Translations under genes and position numbers: made by a program | Notes under the pieces: model-generated | The model's input: the letters and a program-made list of their open reading frames with translations, nothing else | Told to the model about the DNA's origin: nothing | The model's database searches: none | In this document: in pieces, positions 58,657-64,000 of the stretch | Numbering within the stretch: the first letter of the stretch is position 1 | Layout: the number at the start of each line of letters is the position of its first letter | From: Peptoniphilaceae bacterium | Lineage (GTDB): Bacteria > Bacillota > Clostridia > Tissierellales > Peptoniphilaceae | Direction of reading: 5' to 3' | DNA: 64,000 nt | NCBI GenBank assembly: GCA_052090825.1 | Contig: JBQDBK010000011.1 | Coordinates: forward strand, 2,103 to 66,102

Positions 58657-58842
58657 TGAAAAGGTGATATATCTTTATTTAATAATTTAAAAAGATATAG
58701 ACTAAAACTTGGCTTAAATCAATAAGAGTTGGCGGAAATTTTTGATATAAACAGATAGAATATATCTTTGATAGAAAGGGGATATTATAATCCATCTTAT
58801 CTATGGTAATTAACCTAAGAGGTAAAAAAGTCTATGATGTAA
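58657..58842 (+). pseudogene. Decayed XRE/Cro-C1-type helix-turn-helix regulator gene with four in-frame stops
   Basis: The frame from GTG 58657 reads KGDISLFNNLKRYRLKLGLNQ*ELAEIFDINR*NISLIERGYYNPSYLW*LT*EVKKSMM*. It matches the canonical small HTH pattern (L+.+R...GLSQEELA...GVSRQTIS.IERG..NPS), with stops at 58723, 58756, 58807 and 58816. Confidence 0.7.
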
Positions 58843-58960
58843 ATTTTTAAAAGTATTGGTTTGTTTCAATGGATGAAAGAGAGAAATTGGAATTTATTAT
58901 ATGGGATTTAAAATATTTAGTTTATCTATATTATGTAAATAAAAGAAAGGAGAATATTTT

Positions 58961-59995
58961 ATGAAAACAAATTTACTAAAAAAACAGATTTTAATATTTT
59001 TAGCAGTAGCTTTTGGAATTAATTATCTTATGGCAATGCCTCTTTACTTAGCTAAAATAAAAGGAATAAATATAGAAGTTTTCCCGCTTTTAATGATGTC
59101 TTTGCCAGCTAGTGGAGTCGCTTTAGCTGCTTTAAAAACAAGAAAAGGAGATGAAAAGATACCTACAATATTCTATTGTTTGCTATTATCTAATACATTT
59201 ATACTATTACTTTTATCCTTTGCCGTATTTTATTATGATAATACTTTGATATTTCAATTAGCGAACATATCTATAGTGATATTATCAGCCATGTCTTGGA
59301 CATTTTTGATTATGAAAAAATTTAGGATACAAAATATAGCTTATGGATTAAAAAAAGGTAATTTACCTAAAGTTCTTTCAGTATCTTTATTATTTTTTTT
59401 AATTTATTTATTTAGGCTATGTATTGTCTATTATGCCGAAGGAAATCTAGAAAGTATTAGTAATTTATTTTCTGTAGCTTCAATTTATAAAATTGGAGTT
59501 GTAATACTTAATTTTTTCTTATCTTATCTTCCTTTCCTAGGGGAAGAGTATGGCTGGAGATATTATTTACAACCTATTCTAGAAAAAAAGTTTGGTATGA
59601 TTAAGGGAGCTTTACTTTTAGGATTTATTTGGGGTATATGGCATCTTCCTCTAAACTTATTTTATTATTCTGCTCAGGGAATGGCTGGGTTGAGTTTGAT
59701 AAATCAAATTCTATATTGTATGACTCTATCAATATTTATGGCTTATGCTTATAATAAGACAAGATCTATTTGGGCTCCAGTTATAGTTCATTATTTAAAT
59801 AATACTTTAGTTTTATTAGTAGCAGACTCAAATGAAGTTACAAGTTTATTTACAAATCAAAATTATGATATAAAGAGCACTATATTTATGTTTATTTTTT
59901 CTTTAATTTTCTTTGGAGGTTTTGCTTTTAGTAAGTATGTAAGAAATAAAGAATATAGAATGCCGACAATGAATGAGATGGCTGATAGAATATAA
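58961..59995 (+). CDS. CPBP-family intramembrane glutamic endopeptidase (CAAX protease / Abi-like)
   Basis: 344-aa polytopic protein with CPBP motifs EEYGWRYY, WGIWH and HYLNN. RBS AAGGAG upstream. Confidence 0.8.
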   Translation: MKTNLLKKQILIFLAVAFGINYLMAMPLYLAKIKGINIEVFPLLMMSLPASGVALAALKTRKGDEKIPTIFYCLLLSNTFILLLLSFAVFYYDNTLIFQLANISIVILSAMSWTFLIMKKFRIQNIAYGLKKGNLPKVLSVSLLFFLIYLFRLCIVYYAEGNLESISNLFSVASIYKIGVVILNFFLSYLPFLGEEYGWRYYLQPILEKKFGMIKGALLLGFIWGIWHLPLNLFYYSAQGMAGLSLINQILYCMTLSIFMAYAYNKTRSIWAPVIVHYLNNTLVLLVADSNEVTSLFTNQNYDIKSTIFMFIFSLIFFGGFAFSKYVRNKEYRMPTMNEMADRI

Positions 59996-60026
59996 AAATA
60001 CCCTATAAAATTTTATAGGGTATTTT
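59995..60026. terminator. Bidirectional terminator between convergent genes
   Basis: Perfect 32-nt palindrome AAAATACCCTATAAAA / TTTTATAGGGTATTTT. Confidence 0.8.
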
Positions 60027-60032
60027 TATATT

Positions 60033-62114
60033 CTATTTTTTATCTATAATAGATATTTCCTTATTGGAATCATTATAGAAAACTTTCATATCTAAGGATT
60101 CTGCAACAAATCTTATTGGTATAAAAGTTCTATTATCTTTAATAATTGAAACTGTATCCATTTTAACTTCTTGATCATTTATATAAAGTTTATCTTCACC
60201 AATAATTAACTTGAGATTTTTATCTTTATAATCGATGGAAACTTCTCTTTTTTCATCATTATAAGATACTTTACCTCCTAAAGCCTCTACTATAAATCTC
60301 AAAGGGACTAGTGTTCTATTATCTTGGATAAAAGGTGCGGTATCCATTTCTTTCTTTAAATCATCAATATAATAAAGTTTTTTCCCGATATTCATTTTTA
60401 AGAATTTAGAATTAATATCAAATATATCTAAAGATTTTTCAATATTACCTGCTTTTACTGTGATTTTTCCGCTAGAATTTCCATTTAAAGACTCAATTAC
60501 TAAATTACCCATTTTATCGAAATTTCCTTGAAAACCTTCAATTACAAAAGATAAAACTTTAGGACTTAAATCAACCCTATTTTTGTTTTTCAAAAGAGCC
60601 TTTGTTGAAATTGTTATAGTATCATTTTCTTTAACCTTATTTTTATTAGCTTTTAAATCTAAAGAAGAAATATAATCAAAACCTTGAACTGTAACTGGTT
60701 TACTAGCAAAAATTCCACTATCAGTTACTATATTTATATTAGTAAGTCCTTCTTTTGTAGCTAAAAAATAATTACCTCCCCATTGGCCGGATTCTGGGTC
60801 AGCAGATGATGGAGTAAATTTTATATTTTCAATACTTAAAGGTTTTAAAAATTCATTCCAAGCTCCAGCTAAAGCAAATTCTGCACTCTGACCAACAACC
60901 ATAGTATCTGGACCTTTGATTTTTATTCCAGCAAGAACATTAGAGTCAGGAGCTGTATTATAAAAACCAATTCCATTTACAACTTTACGTTCAGCATTAT
61001 TTTTTTCGGGATTTATAACTCTGGTTCTATTATTTTCTCCTAAATTTTTCAAAACCATAGTAGTTGAACCACCGCCATCTAAATTAAGAGCCTTATTAGA
61101 ACCTATGGAAACCATAAAATTTGAAAGTTGAGAAAGACTTAAACCAGCACTTCTTTTTGTTCTACCTTCAGCACTAGCTATATATAATGTTTTACCATCT
61201 GAAGATATTCCTGCTGCAGTTCTAGCCCTTACACCGCCAAGAACATTAATATCCTTTGTATATTTAACTTCCTTCCCCTTATCTACTAATAGGGCGTGAC
61301 CACCAACTAAAAATTTGAAATCTCTATTTGGGCTTATTGAATAGTCGATTTTAAGTTTATCGCCAATTTTAACGTTTGATTTTATAAAATCGTAGGCTTT
61401 TCCATCAACTTGCATAATTATTTTTCCATCAGGAACACTAAAATCAAAACTTTTATTTTCACTAATTTGTTCAATAACTCCATTTGAGTTAACTAAGACT
61501 TCAGTATTTTTTTTATCTCCTCTAGATTTAGAAGACCAAAAGTCATTATATAGTTGTATTTTATCTTGATGAGAGTACTCATTAGTAGGTTCATACCAGT
61601 AATAAGATTTGTTAAGTCCGTCAATTTTATAAGTTTTATTGTTTGGAGCTGTAACCTTACCACTAAAGTCAATTTCTTCAATATAAGCTACATTATCTTT
61701 AGAAATACCAAGAGAATATAAACCTATATATTCTACAGGAGAAGTTTGAAGCTTACCATCTACAATAGAAGGTCCCTCAGGTGAACCTTGTAATAAAGTG
61801 TTAAAAAAATCACCGTTTACAAGGGCTGTAGCATTAGTCCTATCTGCCATAGAGGATACTGTGGCACGATTAGTATATTTTCCACCACCCGCAACTACAG
61901 AAATATTTAAGTATGGATTATTAAGATCACATTTTAATAAATTAACAACCGTATTCTTACCATTGTATTTAACAATATGTTCTTCTCTAATAATACCAGG
62001 GCTTATATTTTCAACAATAGATGCTTCTGCAAAAGAAGACTTACTAGTTAGAATTAACAGACTAAGAAGACAAATTGTCAAATATAAAATATTCCACTTA
62101 GATTTAAAAATCAT
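60033..62114 (-). CDS. Secreted phosphodiester glycosidase (DUF2233) family protein with C-terminal copper-amine-oxidase-N-like (stalk) repeats
   Basis: Signal peptide. The central ALNLDGGGSTTM motif is typical of DUF2233. Two C-terminal repeats are present (DNRTLVPLRFIVEALGGKVSYND and DNRTFIPIRFVAESLDMKVFYND). Confidence 0.7.
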   Translation of the reverse strand: MIFKSKWNILYLTICLLSLLILTSKSSFAEASIVENISPGIIREEHIVKYNGKNTVVNLLKCDLNNPYLNISVVAGGGKYTNRATVSSMADRTNATALVNGDFFNTLLQGSPEGPSIVDGKLQTSPVEYIGLYSLGISKDNVAYIEEIDFSGKVTAPNNKTYKIDGLNKSYYWYEPTNEYSHQDKIQLYNDFWSSKSRGDKKNTEVLVNSNGVIEQISENKSFDFSVPDGKIIMQVDGKAYDFIKSNVKIGDKLKIDYSISPNRDFKFLVGGHALLVDKGKEVKYTKDINVLGGVRARTAAGISSDGKTLYIASAEGRTKRSAGLSLSQLSNFMVSIGSNKALNLDGGGSTTMVLKNLGENNRTRVINPEKNNAERKVVNGIGFYNTAPDSNVLAGIKIKGPDTMVVGQSAEFALAGAWNEFLKPLSIENIKFTPSSADPESGQWGGNYFLATKEGLTNINIVTDSGIFASKPVTVQGFDYISSLDLKANKNKVKENDTITISTKALLKNKNRVDLSPKVLSFVIEGFQGNFDKMGNLVIESLNGNSSGKITVKAGNIEKSLDIFDINSKFLKMNIGKKLYYIDDLKKEMDTAPFIQDNRTLVPLRFIVEALGGKVSYNDEKREVSIDYKDKNLKLIIGEDKLYINDQEVKMDTVSIIKDNRTFIPIRFVAESLDMKVFYNDSNKEISIIDKK

Positions 62115-62212
62115 TTTATCATTCCTTTCTTATGGTATAAGTATATTATTTATTGGCACTTTTAACAATTACTTTGTATAATATTAATAAGAATTTATAA
62201 GGAGGTTTTAAT

Positions 62213-62959
62213 TTGGATTATATAGAAGATTTAAAAATGGTTTATAAAAAATCAATTAATTTAACTTTTTCAAGAATTAAAAAGAATAGTATAGTTTTAA
62301 TTTTGCCACTAATATATAGTATTTTAATTTCTTTAAGTGAATATATTTTATATAATTATTTAGGCGGAATTGGAATGATTTTAGGGTTTGTAGTATTTCT
62401 AGTTTATTCTTTAATTTTGTCAAGTTATTTTGAAATTCTTTCAGACTTAAATAGCTTTAATAAAATAAGCTTAAGTTCAATAAGTAGTAGCTTTACTAGA
62501 AATGTAGGATCTATTTATTCAGTTTATTTTATATACTATTTAATTAAATTAGTAGTACCTGCTAATATGTTTAGTTTATTATTTCTATTATTTATAATTT
62601 TAAATCCAATAAGTGAGGCTATTTATATTAGGAATGAAAGTTATATAGGGGCTTATAAATATACATTAGATTTCATGAAAGAGAATTTTCTACATTGGTT
62701 GATTCCACTTTTCTTATACTTATCAGTAATTATAAGTCTGTTTGGATTATCTAGACTTATATCTTTATCTAGTGATGTAATTTCTATAACAACGGGTTTA
62801 AAAGTTAGTTACAACGATTTAATAAACTCCCCAATTAGATTTGTTAAAGTAGTATTTGTACAAGTAATAACAGCTTTTTATGTTGTTTTCAGAGGAGCGC
62901 TATTTAATATATTGAGCAAAAGTACTATGAGAAAAAGAAAATATATGGGTGAAATATAG
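62213..62959 (+). CDS. Hypothetical polytopic membrane protein
   Basis: 248 aa with several hydrophobic segments. RBS AAGGAGG upstream. TTG start as given in the track. No family recognised. Confidence 0.5.
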   Translation: MDYIEDLKMVYKKSINLTFSRIKKNSIVLILPLIYSILISLSEYILYNYLGGIGMILGFVVFLVYSLILSSYFEILSDLNSFNKISLSSISSSFTRNVGSIYSVYFIYYLIKLVVPANMFSLLFLLFIILNPISEAIYIRNESYIGAYKYTLDFMKENFLHWLIPLFLYLSVIISLFGLSRLISLSSDVISITTGLKVSYNDLINSPIRFVKVVFVQVITAFYVVFRGALFNILSKSTMRKRKYMGEI

Positions 62960-64000
62960 ATGAATATAGAAAAAGAAATAAAATCTAGTTTAGATAATAT
63001 AGTTTTTTTAGAACTAAAAAAAGATATAAATTTAGGCGGAAAGATAATAAAGGCAGATATTCCACTTCCTATAAAATTAAATAGTTTAATAAGTGGTATT
63101 AAAGTTGAAGAATTTGAAGAAGATATTAAAATAGATAGAATAAATGAAGCTATAATATTTTTGTTGGGAATTGAAAATAATTTTAAGTATAAAAATGAAT
63201 ATATAAATATTTTAAAAACTAGTTTAAATGATATAGGAAAATATATTATGTATTTAAGTTCTAAAGCTATTGAGGATAAAGACTTGATAGAAGCCTATAT
63301 TTATATTAAATCCTATGATTTAATAATTGCTTATAATGAAGACTTAGAGTTTGCTAAATATAATATCTTAGAGAGTATATTTAATGAAAATTTTGATGAA
63401 ATGGAAGAAAAAGATAAGGAAACACTATTAAAGAGTTTAATAGATGGTTACGAATCTATAATAAGTAAGAATAATGAGCATAGTCTTTCTTATTATAGGT
63501 TAGGATATATATATAGGAGTCTTTCATATTATTTAAAATCTAAAATATATTTAGAAAAGTTTCTACTTTATTCAAAAGAGGACTATGAAAATCTTAAGGA
63601 TGAAGTTAGAGAGGACTTAAAGGAAATAGAAGATTATGCAAATATAGAGATTGCAAATTCTTATATAAGCTATGGTAAATTTTCAGAAGCTTATGAAGCA
63701 CTGCAAAAAGTATCTGATCTGTATCCTGAAAAAGATGAATTGTATTATTTGTTTAGCTTATGTCAGTACAATTTAGGTTTAGTAGAAGATGCAATTGAAA
63801 GTGTGAATTATTCAATAAAAATAAACCCTAAAGTAGATCAGTATTACAATCATAAGGCAATATCATATATAAGCTTAGCTAATAATGATAAAGCTATATC
63901 TACTTATAAAGAAGGAATAATAGAGAATGAGGATAGTTTTCTATTGAATTATAATTTAGGAATTCTATTATTAAATCTTAAAATGGATGGTTATAAAAAA
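62960..64000 (+). CDS. TPR-like repeat protein, 3'-truncated by the window edge
   Basis: Not in the ORF track. ATG 62960 immediately follows the TAG of the previous gene, and I read 347 codons to the window end without a stop. Repeated A/Y/L-rich ~34-aa helical units (e.g. EAYEALQKVSDLYPEKDELYYLFSLCQYNLGLVEDAIE) look TPR-like. Confidence 0.65.
   Translation, partial: MNIEKEIKSSLDNIVFLELKKDINLGGKIIKADIPLPIKLNSLISGIKVEEFEEDIKIDRINEAIIFLLGIENNFKYKNEYINILKTSLNDIGKYIMYLSSKAIEDKDLIEAYIYIKSYDLIIAYNEDLEFAKYNILESIFNENFDEMEEKDKETLLKSLIDGYESIISKNNEHSLSYYRLGYIYRSLSYYLKSKIYLEKFLLYSKEDYENLKDEVREDLKEIEDYANIEIANSYISYGKFSEAYEALQKVSDLYPEKDELYYLFSLCQYNLGLVEDAIESVNYSIKINPKVDQYYNHKAISYISLANNDKAISTYKEGIIENEDSFLLNYNLGILLLNLKMDGYKK

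Noticed and set aside
58723-58818. The four in-frame TAA/TAG codons in the XRE-like frame as evidence of stop-codon reassignment or programmed read-through.
   Set aside because: TAA, TAG and TGA all terminate the well-supported genes throughout the window at the expected protein lengths. Four stops in 62 codons of one tiny gene is decay, not recoding.
460-62181. Short ORFs from the six-frame track that lie inside, mostly antisense to, long recognisable genes: 460-768, 3842-4054, 5224-5454, 5753-5959, 6789-7040, 10245-10481, 11272-11466, 11535-11738, 15056-15265, 15589-15828, 16823-17020, 19092-19334, 19668-19970, 21493-21813, 24697-24948, 27876-28130, 33497-33754, 37776-37985, 38934-39206, 45030-45239, 45549-45773, 48095-48430, 50588-50818, 54779-55039, 55271-55465, 55982-56302, 61493-61681, 61798-62181.
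   Set aside because: All are overlapped by genes with strong family motifs. Their translations are low-complexity S/L/F/I-rich strings, typical of shadow frames in AT-rich DNA. None has a convincing RBS or a recognisable motif.
1-64000. CRISPR arrays, IS elements/transposases, prophage or conjugative genes, toxin-antitoxin pairs, restriction-modification systems, retron or DGR reverse transcriptases.
   Set aside because: I found no spaced direct-repeat arrays, and no transposase-, integrase-, recombinase- or RT-like ORFs. The only N6-adenine methyltransferase-like gene (8980-9672) matches the tRNA m6A TrmN6 type and has no restriction partner.

Overview
This is an AT-rich, densely coding segment of a Firmicutes-type chromosome (GC judged by eye, not computed). 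It most likely comes from a peptide- and amino-acid-fermenting anaerobe of the Clostridia/Tissierellia kind. I support about 56 protein genes, one tRNA-Cys, one decayed small regulator gene, and a set of hairpin terminators and sigma-A-like promoters.

Most of the content is core housekeeping:
- ecfA1-ecfA2-ecfT-truA, rsmI and secA
- pheS-pheT-zapA-U32-mutS2-argS
- two diverged Opp/Dpp-type peptide ABC transporter operons flanking an M3 oligoendopeptidase
- leucyl aminopeptidase, GltS, an NhaC-type antiporter and a three-subunit xanthine-dehydrogenase-family molybdoenzyme

I see no CRISPR array, IS element, integrase, prophage or classic defence island.

Three loci look most unusual:
1. A tight five-gene operon (8980-13979) translationally couples two RNA methyltransferase genes to a NurA-like nuclease, a HerA-type ATPase and an AlkD-like DNA alkylation repair protein.
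2. A single 644-aa polypeptide (36020-37954) fuses an acyl-CoA dehydrogenase, the FAD domain of ETF-alpha and a rubredoxin. It lies directly upstream of a flavodiiron protein and downstream of a 677-bp non-coding region with a palindromic operator-like site.
3. A minus-strand operon (39574-42710) encodes a glutamate-cysteine-ligase-like enzyme, a glutathionylspermidine-synthase-like ATP-grasp ligase and a small exporter-type membrane protein.

All family assignments come from motif recognition by eye. No database search was run.
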